This document shows, one piece after another, positions 28,020 through 38,578 of a stretch of 64,000 bases of DNA. The stretch's first letter is position 1. Each line of letters begins with the position of its first letter. Location: the NCBI GenBank assembly GCA_045105275.1, contig JBGCDJ010000006.1, forward strand, positions 1,645-65,644, given 5' to 3'. The stretch is from Candidatus Midichloriaceae bacterium (lineage in GTDB: Bacteria; Pseudomonadota; Alphaproteobacteria; Rickettsiales; Midichloriaceae). The notes under the pieces are model-generated. The model was not told the DNA's origin. It did no database searches and saw only the letters and a program-made list of their open reading frames with translations. Position numbers and translations under genes: made by a program.

Positions 28020-30212
28020 CTAATTAAAGATAGGCTCTATTTTCAAATAAGTTGTAACCGAAGATTTTAAATCCTTTGGTCTTGAATTATCTCTTATTAC
28101 ACCAAAATTTATCTTTAAACAATCTCCTTTATAAAATAAGCCTATTTCATTGCTGATCCATTTGCTTTTTGCTTCTTTATCTGGATCCTTGATTTTGCAG
28201 TTTTTTTCAATTTTGATTTTAGAGCCAAGCTTTTTTCTAGCTCCTGTTTGAATCCCCCAATGGCTATTAAAGTTATACGTAAATTTAACTCCAATTTCTT
28301 GGTTGTATGCATTATGACATTTATTAATATATTTTTTATTAATAAAAATATGATTTAAATTAACATTAGTTTTGCCATGTTGTACTTGAAAATCTAATTC
28401 ATTTTTTATTAGATTTAGGTGATTGGGAGTTAGACTAACATTATCAATTATTGAAATTTTATCATCTAATTGGGCATAAAATTTACCTACAATCTCCGTT
28501 TTTAATGAATTAAAGTTATTATCCCATGTATAAGAAGGATTCTTAACATTTGTATTTACTGGTTTATTGAGTTTATAACTTTGTCCTAAAATCATTCCAT
28601 ACGTATTTTTTCCTGTGTAATAATTGGTTCTAACACCAAAATTTAATCTTGATCCAATCTCAACATTGTCTTTACCAGTAAAAAAATTTGAAGAAAATAT
28701 ATTAGAGGTATTAATTATTTGTGATTGACCATCTTCATTTAGAAAATTCTGCGTAGTATTTGAGTTATATGTAAAATTGACAATGGGTTCTAAGATCAAA
28801 TTTTTGCTTCCAATAAATTTTATAAATGGCCACTTCCAATCAATAGACAAGTTACCAAGCAATCTGTTTTTTATTCCGCTATTTACCGCTTCTCTTATGT
28901 CGTAATAATCGTATCTAATTGCTGGATTAATATTTAAAATTTGTCCAACAGGCAGTGTAATATTATGAAATGAATCAAGTTGAAAAGTGCCTCGTGTATA
29001 GCTTATTCCCTCGGCTCTTCTTAAATTTAGAATATCAGTGGAAAGTGCTACATCTGATATTAAAGGTGAATCTAAGGACAATCTATTATAAGTTCTAATC
29101 CATGGTAATACATATGGAGTATCCTTGTTTTGTGATTTATTTTCTCTTAAATTTTGAAACGAAATACCTTCAAAAGTTAATAATTGATTTTTATTCTCCT
29201 TTCTTAATGAAAAATTACTAGTTAAAATATCATCGTCATTTATATCGTACTTTTTTGTAAGAATTTTATCCTTATCAAACAACCTTTGAAATTTATAATT
29301 TAAAAAATAGTTGTTGTTAAATTTAAAATCACCTTTTGAATTTATATAGCCTTTGAAGGTATTTTTTTTATTTGTCTCCCCCGTATCATTTATCAAATCA
29401 CCATTTATTTCATATTGTCCATATTTCGTAAGATATCGCATATTTACACTGTTTAGTATATGGTTTTTATTACTGACTGTTGGGGTATAAGTTAAATCCA
29501 TTTGAGGCGTAATATTAAAATAATAAGGAATTGATATTTGTAAACCAAGTACATTAGAATTTTTAAATTTAGGAACTAAAAAACCACTTTTTCTAGGTGA
29601 ATTTGGTGTAGGAATAGAGAAATAAGGGAAATAAAATATGGGGACTCCAAATAATTCTATTTTACTTTTTTTAAATTCTACCTTCTTTTCTTTTTGATTT
29701 AAAGTAGCTTTTTTTGCCCTTATTTGCCACAAAGGTATGTTTGGAATAAAATTATCCTTACACACTTGACATGTAGAAAAAACTAAATTTAGAACTATAA
29801 AGGTATTCTTGTCTACCATTTTAGCAAAATCAGAAGATAACAGGCCTTTATGTCCAATCCTAGCTTTAAATCTTATAATTACACCTGTGTTATTTTTTTT
29901 ATCAAAAAAGGCCTTTTTACCAAAAAAATTATTTTCATCATTATTGCTAAATGCTAGATTGCCAATAGCGTATAAATAATTATTCTTCTTATCATACACT
30001 ACTTTATTGGTTACAATACGAAAATTATTTTGTTCAATATATACATTTCCTTGTGCGCTAATTAACTCTTCTTTTTTATTATAAATCAGCTCATCTGCTT
30101 CAATAGTGATTTGGTTCTGCTCTCCTTCGTCATTTTTATCCAGAGCAAAGCAAGCAAAAGAATAAGAAATTAATACAATAGCAAAAAATGGTTTTATAAG
30201 ATTAATCATCAA
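28020..30212 (-). CDS. lptD: LPS assembly protein LptD
   Basis: ITIEADEL OstA domain, FSTCQVC, PLWQIRA, RKSGFLVP, PYYFNI. Confidence 0.95.
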   Translation of the reverse strand: MMINLIKPFFAIVLISYSFACFALDKNDEGEQNQITIEADELIYNKKEELISAQGNVYIEQNNFRIVTNKVVYDKKNNYLYAIGNLAFSNNDENNFFGKKAFFDKKNNTGVIIRFKARIGHKGLLSSDFAKMVDKNTFIVLNLVFSTCQVCKDNFIPNIPLWQIRAKKATLNQKEKKVEFKKSKIELFGVPIFYFPYFSIPTPNSPRKSGFLVPKFKNSNVLGLQISIPYYFNITPQMDLTYTPTVSNKNHILNSVNMRYLTKYGQYEINGDLINDTGETNKKNTFKGYINSKGDFKFNNNYFLNYKFQRLFDKDKILTKKYDINDDDILTSNFSLRKENKNQLLTFEGISFQNLRENKSQNKDTPYVLPWIRTYNRLSLDSPLISDVALSTDILNLRRAEGISYTRGTFQLDSFHNITLPVGQILNINPAIRYDYYDIREAVNSGIKNRLLGNLSIDWKWPFIKFIGSKNLILEPIVNFTYNSNTTQNFLNEDGQSQIINTSNIFSSNFFTGKDNVEIGSRLNFGVRTNYYTGKNTYGMILGQSYKLNKPVNTNVKNPSYTWDNNFNSLKTEIVGKFYAQLDDKISIIDNVSLTPNHLNLIKNELDFQVQHGKTNVNLNHIFINKKYINKCHNAYNQEIGVKFTYNFNSHWGIQTGARKKLGSKIKIEKNCKIKDPDKEAKSKWISNEIGLFYKGDCLKINFGVIRDNSRPKDLKSSVTTYLKIEPIFN

Positions 30213-30300
30213 ATTCTTCTAGCAGTAAAAAAATAACTTATATAAAGAAATAAAAACAGTATACTTAACCAAAAACAATGACTTTGTAAACAAAGTAATA

Positions 30301-31122
30301 TTGATGAATGAAATAATTGAGTTACAAAGAACTTTAAAAGAATACCATATCACTCCTACTAAGCGATATGGACAAAATTTTCTAGTTAATAACAACATTA
30401 TTAACAATATAATTAGGTCTTTAGGTAATATACAAGATAAAAACATACTTGAAATTGGCCCAGGAATCGGAGCTCTTACAAATGATTTACTAAAGACTAA
30501 TATTAAATCTTTATTTGTTGTTGAAATTGATAAAAAAATACTGCCAATTCTTAATAAAATTCAATTAAGTACAGATAAAAATTTTAAAATTATAAATGGG
30601 GACGCATTAAGAATTGAGGAAGAAAGCATTATTGACGGATATTACACAATTGTAGCAAATTTACCATATAATATTAGCACTTTACTTATTGTCAAATGGC
30701 TTAAAAAACTAAGTAATATTAATGAAATTATAATTATGTTACAAAAAGAAGTAGCTGATAGAATTTTAGCTCAACCGTCAACGCATGCTTATGGCAGGTT
30801 AAGTGTTTTAGCTCAATTTACTTGTGATTGTGAATTGTTATTTGATGTAGAACCAGAAAACTTTTTTCCAGTGCCTAAAGTAACGTCATCAATAATTAAA
30901 TTAACTCCTAAACAACTGCAACCTACTATTGAAGAAATAAATAATATTGAAAAAATATGTAAAAGTGCTTTCAATTTTAGAAGAAAAAAAATAAAAAAAA
31001 GCCTGGAGAATGTTTTTGATAATCCTGAAATTGAGTTAGAAAAGCTTAAAATAGATTATAATAAAAGACCTGAACAATTAACTGTTGATGAATTTTTTAA
31101 AATATCTACTATAGTGAAATGA
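30301..31122 (+). CDS. rsmA: 16S rRNA adenine dimethyltransferase
   Basis: KRYGQNFL, LEIGPGIGALT, VANLPYNIST, YGRLSV. Confidence 0.97.
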   Translation: MMNEIIELQRTLKEYHITPTKRYGQNFLVNNNIINNIIRSLGNIQDKNILEIGPGIGALTNDLLKTNIKSLFVVEIDKKILPILNKIQLSTDKNFKIINGDALRIEEESIIDGYYTIVANLPYNISTLLIVKWLKKLSNINEIIIMLQKEVADRILAQPSTHAYGRLSVLAQFTCDCELLFDVEPENFFPVPKVTSSIIKLTPKQLQPTIEEINNIEKICKSAFNFRRKKIKKSLENVFDNPEIELEKLKIDYNKRPEQLTVDEFFKISTIVK

Positions 31123-31145
31123 TAGCAATTAATTTTTTATAAAGT

Positions 31146-31610
31146 GTGATGCAGTATTTTTTAACCAATCAAATTGAGCTTTGGTATGTTCTAGGGGCAG
31201 TGTTAATGATTATAGAAATGTATTTAGGTGGAACAATAGGATTCTTTTTCGCAGGGATTGCAGCTTTTTGCGTAGCTTTATGCATGAAATTCAATCTAAT
31301 TACTTTAGATACATTGATTGATCAAATAGGATTCTTTTTCGGATTTTTTTGTTTGTGGTCAATTATTTTATGGAAACCAACAAAATATCTACTTAATATC
31401 GGCAATACAAAGGCATATCATAATATTGAGGGAGGTATAGCAACTGTATATGGTCATGATTTGAAAGGAGAGAATTTAGGAGAGATTAAGTGGTCAGGCG
31501 CTATTTGCAAAGCTAAATTAGCTCCATCTAGTAAAGATACTATATTAAAAAAAGGTGATAATGTTACTATTGTTTCTGTAAAAAATAATATATTTATAGT
31601 GGAAAAATAA
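31146..31610 (+). CDS. NfeD-family membrane protein
   Basis: Three TM segments plus C-terminal OB fold; typical partner of SPFH genes. Confidence 0.85.
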   Translation: MMQYFLTNQIELWYVLGAVLMIIEMYLGGTIGFFFAGIAAFCVALCMKFNLITLDTLIDQIGFFFGFFCLWSIILWKPTKYLLNIGNTKAYHNIEGGIATVYGHDLKGENLGEIKWSGAICKAKLAPSSKDTILKKGDNVTIVSVKNNIFIVEK

Positions 31611-31664
31611 AGTTAAATGTACTAGTTTGGAGGAGATTTTTTAACATAAATTTTTTAAGTTACT

Positions 31665-32612
31665 ATGGAGTATTTTGATATAAATTCCGGATTAGGGTTG
31701 TTTTTCATAGTCTTAGGTTTTTTTTGCTGGCTAGCGATAAAAATAGTTCCTCAACAGCAGGCATGGATAATTGAAAGACTTGGTAAATACAATAAAACGC
31801 TTCAGCCAGGATTAACCTTCATTTTACCGTTTATCGATAAAGTTGCTTATAAACATACTCTTAAAGAAAAAGCCATTGATGTTATGCAACAATCTGCTAT
31901 TACAAAAGATAATGTTACTTTAGCTCTTGATGGTATAATATATGTTAGAATCATTAATCCTATGGATGCTTCATACGGTGTTGAAAACCCATATTATGCG
32001 GTTACACAATTGGCACAAACGTCTATGCGGTCTGCAATTGGTAAGCTAGTTATGGATAAGACGTTTGAAGAAAGAGAGTACTTAAATAATCAAATTGTTT
32101 CTGCAATAAATGAAGCTGCTAGCACCTGGGGTATCCAATGCATGAGATATGAAATTCGGGATATTACTCCATCCACGACTATTTTAAAAGCAATGGAAGC
32201 GCAAGTATCCTCTGAAAGACAAAAAAGAGCTGACATTTTGGAATCAGAAGGAAAAATGCAATCGATGATTAATATTGCTGAAGGAAATAAGAAAGAAGTG
32301 GTATTAAATTCTGAAGCAGGAATGACAGATAAGATTAATAAGGCCAAAGGAGAATCAGAGGCGATTCAACTAGTTGCAAAAGCAACAGCAATTGGAATAG
32401 AAAAAATTGCAGAAGCTATACTGAAAAGTGGAGGAACTGAAGCGGTCTCTATGAAGCTTGCACAACAATATATAGAGGCATTTCAAAAAATTGCAAAAGA
32501 TGGTAATACCATAATTATTCCATCTGAGGTAGGTAATATAGGTTCTATGGTGGCTCAGGCTACAACTATTTTTGATCAAGTGAAATTAAATAAAAAATCT
32601 ATAAATAAGTAG
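31665..32612 (+). CDS. SPFH/stomatin-like (band 7) protein
   Basis: IVPQQQAWIIERLGKY, AITKDNVTL, LAQTSMRSAIG, WGIQCMRYEI. Confidence 0.95.
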   Translation: MEYFDINSGLGLFFIVLGFFCWLAIKIVPQQQAWIIERLGKYNKTLQPGLTFILPFIDKVAYKHTLKEKAIDVMQQSAITKDNVTLALDGIIYVRIINPMDASYGVENPYYAVTQLAQTSMRSAIGKLVMDKTFEEREYLNNQIVSAINEAASTWGIQCMRYEIRDITPSTTILKAMEAQVSSERQKRADILESEGKMQSMINIAEGNKKEVVLNSEAGMTDKINKAKGESEAIQLVAKATAIGIEKIAEAILKSGGTEAVSMKLAQQYIEAFQKIAKDGNTIIIPSEVGNIGSMVAQATTIFDQVKLNKKSINK

Positions 32613-32621
32613 TAATCAATA

Positions 32622-33686
32622 ATGTTAATTTTTAAAAAAATAAAAAAATTTTTTAATCCGGTAGTATATTTTAAATTAAGTAATGCCAAGTCTTGGCTAG
32701 ATAAAGTAAGATCAAAAATAAATGAGATTAAGATTAAGTCTCAAAATTTGGCAAAAACTAATTACGATTTGGGATTATATCATTTTAATGCAGGCAATTT
32801 AAGTGATGCAATTTTTAGATTTAAGTTATTAAAAAAATTTGGCATTAGCTACCCCGATTTAGACTATTTATTAGGCAGATGTTATTTTGAAAAATTTAAA
32901 TTTGAAAAAGCAAAGCCATACTTAAAGCATTATATGGAGAGAGATAATAAATCTAAATTTAAAGAAGGGGCAGAGTACTGTTTAAATATCATTAATAATA
33001 AAAATGATCAAATTCAATTTGTTCCTTTAGAGATTATTGATCATAAAATTAATCAAGAATTTAGATTTCATCTTAGTGAATTTAGAAAATGTGTAAATTC
33101 TTCGGAAAATTCAACCTATGAGGAATTAAAAAAAATATTAAATGATACAGAAAAAGTATTTAATTTTAATGTATTAGATTTAGGATGCAATACAGGTCTA
33201 TTGACCTATTTACTTAGAAAAAATCAGCTATTAAATTTTGCATTGGGTGTTGATTTAAATGATAAAGCTGTAAAACATTGTGAGAATTTATCGATTGGTA
33301 AAGATAAAGTTTATAATACTGTCATAAAAAAAGATATAAGTAGCTTTTTAGCATCCTCATCTAAAACAGATTCTAAATTTGATATAATTCTGGGGCTTGA
33401 TTTAATTTCATATTCTGTGAAAATAGAATCGTTTTTATCTACGTTACAACCTTATATTACTGATCAGGGTATTTTTTTGTTAAATTACTATTTTGATGAC
33501 ACCCAAAAAGATAATTATGTGCTTAATAACAAATCAGAACAATTTATTTATAACAAATCATTTGTTAATAATATAATCAAGAAATGCGGGTGGAATATTG
33601 TAAAAGAGGAAGTTATGGAAGTTAAAAAAGAAAAATATTCTCTAATTACATTAATTTTGAAGATTAATCATGCGCCTAATAGCTAA
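32622..33686 (+). CDS. TPR-containing class I SAM methyltransferase-like protein
   Basis: TPR-like NYDLGLYHF...YLLGRCY; VLDLGCNTGL SAM motif. Confidence 0.8.
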   Translation: MLIFKKIKKFFNPVVYFKLSNAKSWLDKVRSKINEIKIKSQNLAKTNYDLGLYHFNAGNLSDAIFRFKLLKKFGISYPDLDYLLGRCYFEKFKFEKAKPYLKHYMERDNKSKFKEGAEYCLNIINNKNDQIQFVPLEIIDHKINQEFRFHLSEFRKCVNSSENSTYEELKKILNDTEKVFNFNVLDLGCNTGLLTYLLRKNQLLNFALGVDLNDKAVKHCENLSIGKDKVYNTVIKKDISSFLASSSKTDSKFDIILGLDLISYSVKIESFLSTLQPYITDQGIFLLNYYFDDTQKDNYVLNNKSEQFIYNKSFVNNIIKKCGWNIVKEEVMEVKKEKYSLITLILKINHAPNS

Positions 33687-34434
33687 TAGTTTTAATGTTA
33701 AGCTTTTTATTATATTTGGGTTATTTTTAGTAACGTTGATGTTGGGGAATGTTAGGGGTGAAGATGTTGATGAGGATGAAGATGAGGATTATAGCTTAGA
33801 TAATAATTATTATGATCAGAGCTATACTTTTAGAACTTATGATCCATATGAAAAATTTAATCGTAAAGTATACAAATTTAATAAGGTAGTTGATAGATAT
33901 GTCATTAAGCCTCCTGCAGAAATGTATAGCGCAATTATACCCAATCCTGCTAAAAAGGGAGTTAATTCGTTTATTAGCAATTTGAAAGAACCATTAAATG
34001 TTTTTTACGGGGTAATTCAGCTTAAACCTCATGAAGCATTTCACTCATTTTTTAGATTTTTTATTAATAGTACCTTTGGTATATTAGGAATTTTCGACGT
34101 TGCAGAATTAGCAGGTTTAAAAAAATACAATACATCTTTTGGCGGTGTTTTAAAATATTATGGTGCTAAGCAAGGAGCATATATAGTGTTGCCTATTCTT
34201 GGGCCATCTAACCTTAGAGACGGATTTGGTAATGTAATTGATATTGGGGCAGATCCAATAAATTTTATCAAATTTAAAAATGATAAGAAATTTCTTAAAA
34301 TTTACTATGGAACTAGTATAATAGTTACCAGGGAAAAGTTTATTGGTGCAGATAAAACTTTGTCCGAAGTATCTCTTGATGAATATGCTGCATTACGAAA
34401 TTTTTACTATCAAAAATTAAATAGGGAGAAATAG
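33670..34434 (+). CDS. mlaA: VacJ/MlaA family protein
   Basis: DPYEKFNR, RFFINSTFGILGIFDVA, YIVLPILGPSNLRD. Confidence 0.93.
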   Translation: MRLIANSFNVKLFIIFGLFLVTLMLGNVRGEDVDEDEDEDYSLDNNYYDQSYTFRTYDPYEKFNRKVYKFNKVVDRYVIKPPAEMYSAIIPNPAKKGVNSFISNLKEPLNVFYGVIQLKPHEAFHSFFRFFINSTFGILGIFDVAELAGLKKYNTSFGGVLKYYGAKQGAYIVLPILGPSNLRDGFGNVIDIGADPINFIKFKNDKKFLKIYYGTSIIVTREKFIGADKTLSEVSLDEYAALRNFYYQKLNREK

Positions 34435-34436
34435 TT

Positions 34437-35042
34437 ATGAGAAATATTGTTAAACTGATAAAGAAAATTTTTATATCATTGAGTTTGATTATAATGATTT
34501 TACCCTCATCAATAGCTGAGGAAAAGCAAAAATTAATAGAATTTGTTAATAATACTGCCAAACAAGTAATACTAGTTATTGAATCTACAAATACTAATGC
34601 GCAAAAAGAACAAAAGCTTAATAATATTTTTTGTAGTTCAGTAGATATAACTTGGATGGCAAAATTTGCCTTAGGTAAGTATTACAAAAAAATTAATCAG
34701 CCGCAATTAGAAGAATATTTAATGGCATATAAAAATTTTATGATTAGCACCTATGTATCAAAATTTTCTGAATATAATGGAGTAAATTTTGATATAGAAT
34801 CAGTCAAACATATTGCTCATTCTCAATACATAGTAAGTACAAAAATACTTAATAAAAAGTATACCTCAAAGTATATCAACATAGCATATAGAATTAAGAT
34901 GACTAACAATCACTTTTTAATTAGAGATATAGTAGCAGAGGACATAAGTTTAATTTTAGGTCAAAGATCAGATTTTAATTCTATTCTTTCAAAGGAGGGC
35001 GTTGCATCCTTAATTCAGAGATTAAGAGAGAAAATTAAATAA
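34437..35042 (+). CDS. mlaC: MlaC/Ttg2D phospholipid-binding protein
   Basis: MAKFALGKY, IRDIVAEDISLILGQRSDF. Confidence 0.88.
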   Translation: MRNIVKLIKKIFISLSLIIMILPSSIAEEKQKLIEFVNNTAKQVILVIESTNTNAQKEQKLNNIFCSSVDITWMAKFALGKYYKKINQPQLEEYLMAYKNFMISTYVSKFSEYNGVNFDIESVKHIAHSQYIVSTKILNKKYTSKYINIAYRIKMTNNHFLIRDIVAEDISLILGQRSDFNSILSKEGVASLIQRLREKIK

Positions 35043-35073
35043 AAAATCTTTGCTGTAGACTTTTTAGTTATAT

Positions 35074-35123
35074 CAATATATAGTGCATTTCACGAATATA
35101 TTGTACATATTTTACTATATGTA
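35074..35123. promoter_or_regulatory. Three NrdR-box-like palindromes upstream of nrdA
   Basis: CAATATATAG (35074), GAATATATTG (35094), CTATATGTAG (35114); match the CwAtATaTwG core. Confidence 0.6.
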
Positions 35124-35165
35124 GTATATTTATGATATATCATAAACAATTTTTTTGTTACGATT

Positions 35166-37016
35166 ATGCTAAATGGGGTCTTTGAGAAAATTAATAAAAA
35201 ACAAATATTAAAGTATGAAATTAATCTTGATCATTCGAAAAATGAAAATTTAAGCGAATCAGGAAAAGCAATGCTTTTAGACAGATATTTATTGGATGAT
35301 GAAACATATCAGGATCTTTTTGCAAGAGTTGCGACTCATTATGCAGATAACCAAAATCATGCACAAAGACTTTACGATTATATGAGTAATTTTTGGTTTA
35401 TGCCTGCTACACCGGTTCTTAGTAATGGGGGAGCAAAAAGGGGATTACCAATTTCCTGTTTTCTCAATGAGGTAGATGATAGTTTGCAAGACATAGTGAG
35501 CATTTGGAATGAAAATGTATGGCTAGCTTCCAGAGGAGGGGGTATAGGTACATACTGGGGTAATGTACGCTCAATAGGAGAAAAAGTCGCAAATAGTGGC
35601 AGAACATCTGGGATAGTACCTTTTTTAAGTGTTCAGGATAGGTTAACTCTTGCTATATCTCAAGGTAGTTTAAGGAGGGGAAGTGCGGCAGTATATTTAC
35701 CTGTTTCTCATCCAGAAATAGAAGAATTTATCGAGTTAAGAAGACCAACAGGTGGTGATCCTAATCGTAAAACTTTAAATCTTCACCATGGTGTTGTGAT
35801 TACGGATAAATTCATGGAGGCAGTGGAGAAAGATTTGCCATGGGAGTTAATAAGCCCCAAAAATAATGTTGTTGTATCAATTGTTAAAGCCAGGGATATT
35901 TGGATTAGACTGTTAGTTGCAAGGGTAGAAACGGGAGAGCCATATTTATTATTTATTGATAATGTTAATAAACATGCTCCAGAAATATACAAAAAACATG
36001 GCATGGAAGTGAAAACTTCAAACCTATGCAGTGAGATTACTCTTTTTACAGGGAAAGATTATAAGGGAAATGATAGAACTGCTGTATGTTGCCTATCATC
36101 TCTAAATTTAGAAAAATATGATGATTGGTGTAATAATCAGTTATTTATTACTGATATAATGAGATTTTTGGACAATGTTATTCAGGATTTTATAGACAAT
36201 GCTCCAGATGGTATGCAAAAAGCTAAATATTCTGCTTATAGAGAAAGAAGCGTAGGGCTAGGGGTGATGGGATTTCACTCTTTTTTACAATCTAAAATGA
36301 TACCCATGGAATCAGCAATGGCTAAATCATGGAATCTAAAAATGTTCAAACATATAAATCAAGAAGTTAATAAGGCGTCAAAATTAATTGCTGAGGACAA
36401 AGGAGCTTGTCCGGATGCGGAGGAGCTTGGTATAATGGAAAGATTTACTCATAAAACAGCAATTGCTCCAACTGCTTCTATTTCAGTAATAGCAGGTTCA
36501 ACATCTCCTGGAATTGAACCTATTAACTCCAATGCATATACTCAAAAAAGTTTGACGGGCTCCTTTAATATAAGAAATAAATATTTAAAGGCTTTACTAC
36601 AAGAAAAAGGTCAAGATTCAGATGATATATGGTCATCTATAATGAATCATGAGGGTTCTATAAGTCATTTAGATTTTTTAAATAATAATGAAAAGGATGT
36701 ATTCAAAACAGCTTTTGAAATTAACCAAGAATGGTTAATTGAACACGCTGCGGACAGAACGCCTTATATTAGCCAAGCTCAATCTCTCAATATATTTATT
36801 CCAGCTGATATTGATAAAAAAGATTTAAATAAGTTGCATTACTTAGCATGGAAAAAAGGTATTAAGAGTTTGTATTACTGTAGATCAAAATCATTACAAA
36901 GGGCTGATAAAGTTTCAATTTCAGAAAACATAGACAAACATCAACTTGAAATGAAGCTATCTCCGGTTATAACAAAGGAAGGTAATGAATATGATGAGTG
37001 TTTAGCATGCCAATAA
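35166..37016 (+). CDS. nrdA: Class I ribonucleotide reductase alpha subunit (short, no ATP cone)
   Basis: PATPVLSN, ISCFL, SNLCSEI, VCCLSS, AIAPTASIS, SLYYCRS, C-terminal CLACQ. Confidence 0.95.
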   Translation: MLNGVFEKINKKQILKYEINLDHSKNENLSESGKAMLLDRYLLDDETYQDLFARVATHYADNQNHAQRLYDYMSNFWFMPATPVLSNGGAKRGLPISCFLNEVDDSLQDIVSIWNENVWLASRGGGIGTYWGNVRSIGEKVANSGRTSGIVPFLSVQDRLTLAISQGSLRRGSAAVYLPVSHPEIEEFIELRRPTGGDPNRKTLNLHHGVVITDKFMEAVEKDLPWELISPKNNVVVSIVKARDIWIRLLVARVETGEPYLLFIDNVNKHAPEIYKKHGMEVKTSNLCSEITLFTGKDYKGNDRTAVCCLSSLNLEKYDDWCNNQLFITDIMRFLDNVIQDFIDNAPDGMQKAKYSAYRERSVGLGVMGFHSFLQSKMIPMESAMAKSWNLKMFKHINQEVNKASKLIAEDKGACPDAEELGIMERFTHKTAIAPTASISVIAGSTSPGIEPINSNAYTQKSLTGSFNIRNKYLKALLQEKGQDSDDIWSSIMNHEGSISHLDFLNNNEKDVFKTAFEINQEWLIEHAADRTPYISQAQSLNIFIPADIDKKDLNKLHYLAWKKGIKSLYYCRSKSLQRADKVSISENIDKHQLEMKLSPVITKEGNEYDECLACQ

Positions 37017-37051
37017 AAAAATTTACTGCATCTAGAATGACAATGCAGGCC

Positions 37052-37909
37052 CTATAATTTATCCATCCAGTTATCTCTTACTTTGATAAATAAATATAAA
37101 TGAATTTTTTTATTGGTTAATTTTTCTATTTCACCTTTGGATACTATACTAATTTTTTTAATATTTTCTCCACTTTTTCCTAAAATAATCTTTTTTTGAC
37201 TATCTTTTAGTACTGTAATAACTTGGTGTATTGTCACATCATTTTGCTCTTCCTTCCATGATTCTGTCTCGACTTTTAAGTTATACGGTATTTCCTTATT
37301 TAAAAATTTATATAATTGCTCCATTGTTATATCTTCCGCAAGTTGCTTAACACTTCTATCAGTAATTTCATCTTCATCATAATGCCAATTGCCCTCAGGA
37401 GCATTGCTAATCAAATAATCTATAAAGTCTTGCACCCCTTTGTTGTTTATAGCTGAAATCATGAAAATGTTATTAAATCCTTTATCTTTTGTTTTTTGAG
37501 CAAGATCAAGTAATTTATTTTTATCCTTTATTAAATCTATTTTATTGAAAACAATAATTAAATTTTCTTGAGAGCTGAAATAATTTATGTCAATTAAAGA
37601 GCCATCTAAACAATTTTTTTTAGCGACATCAACAATGATACAAATAAAATCAACGTTTTTAATTTCTTTGAGGGATTTTTTTGTAATAGATTTTTCTAAC
37701 TTATACTTTGGATTTTTTAAATATCCAGGCGTGTCTATAAAAATTAACTGAGCATTTTCCTTAGAAATAATTCCTTTAATATTATCTCTAGTGGTATGCA
37801 CTTTATGTGTTACTGCTGATATTTTTTGATTTACTAATACATTAAGAAGAGTTGATTTGCCTGAATTTGGGGCTCCAATAAGGCAAGCATATCCTATTTT
37901 TTTATTCAT
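37052..37909 (-). CDS. era: GTPase Era
   Basis: GAPNSGKST, HTTRD, DTPG, NKID, KH domain. Confidence 0.97.
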   Translation of the reverse strand: MNKKIGYACLIGAPNSGKSTLLNVLVNQKISAVTHKVHTTRDNIKGIISKENAQLIFIDTPGYLKNPKYKLEKSITKKSLKEIKNVDFICIIVDVAKKNCLDGSLIDINYFSSQENLIIVFNKIDLIKDKNKLLDLAQKTKDKGFNNIFMISAINNKGVQDFIDYLISNAPEGNWHYDEDEITDRSVKQLAEDITMEQLYKFLNKEIPYNLKVETESWKEEQNDVTIHQVITVLKDSQKKIILGKSGENIKKISIVSKGEIEKLTNKKIHLYLFIKVRDNWMDKL

Positions 37910-38570
37910 CTTGATCGTTCATAAAATTTAACATTTCTTTGGCAGCTGTTTGCTCTGCCTCTTTTTTTGTTTTGCCTTGAGCTTCAAATTTATATTTATT
38001 ATTAAGAGATACTGATATGGTGAACGTTGGCTCATGTGGTTCACCATCTCTATCTTCTGTTATATATTTTGGTAATATTTTATATCTTTTTTGCAATAAC
38101 TCTTGTAATTGTGATTTATAATCTTTTTGAAATAATTTATTTATATCTATAAAAAAATCAGCCCACCACTTGCTGATAATACCCTTAATTGTACTAAAAT
38201 CACTATCCAAATAAATAGATGCTATAATAGCTTCGAGAGCATTTTCTAAATTATTGGGATTTTCTCTGCCTCCACACTGTTCTTCGCCATTATCAAGAAT
38301 TATTTTTTGACCTAGATCAAGCTTTTTAGCAACCATAACAATTGTTTTAGAGTTGACGAGGTTTGCAAGAATAATTGATAGTTGCCCCTCAGAGTGATTA
38401 GTGAATTTATGATATACAATATCTGCAATTACAACATTTAAAATACTATCTCCCAAAAATTCCATTCTTTCATAACTAATGTCTTCAACTTTATTTTTGA
38501 CAGCACTAGGATGAGTTAAGGCTATTTTAAGCAGGTTAATATTTTTGAATTTATAGTCTTCTAGTTCCAC
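37902..38570 (-). CDS. rnc: Ribonuclease III
   Basis: ERMEFLGDSIL signature, dsRBD. Confidence 0.98.
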   Translation of the reverse strand: MELEDYKFKNINLLKIALTHPSAVKNKVEDISYERMEFLGDSILNVVIADIVYHKFTNHSEGQLSIILANLVNSKTIVMVAKKLDLGQKIILDNGEEQCGGRENPNNLENALEAIIASIYLDSDFSTIKGIISKWWADFFIDINKLFQKDYKSQLQELLQKRYKILPKYITEDRDGEPHEPTFTISVSLNNKYKFEAQGKTKKEAEQTAAKEMLNFMNDQDE

Positions 38571-38578
38571 AAAAAGTA

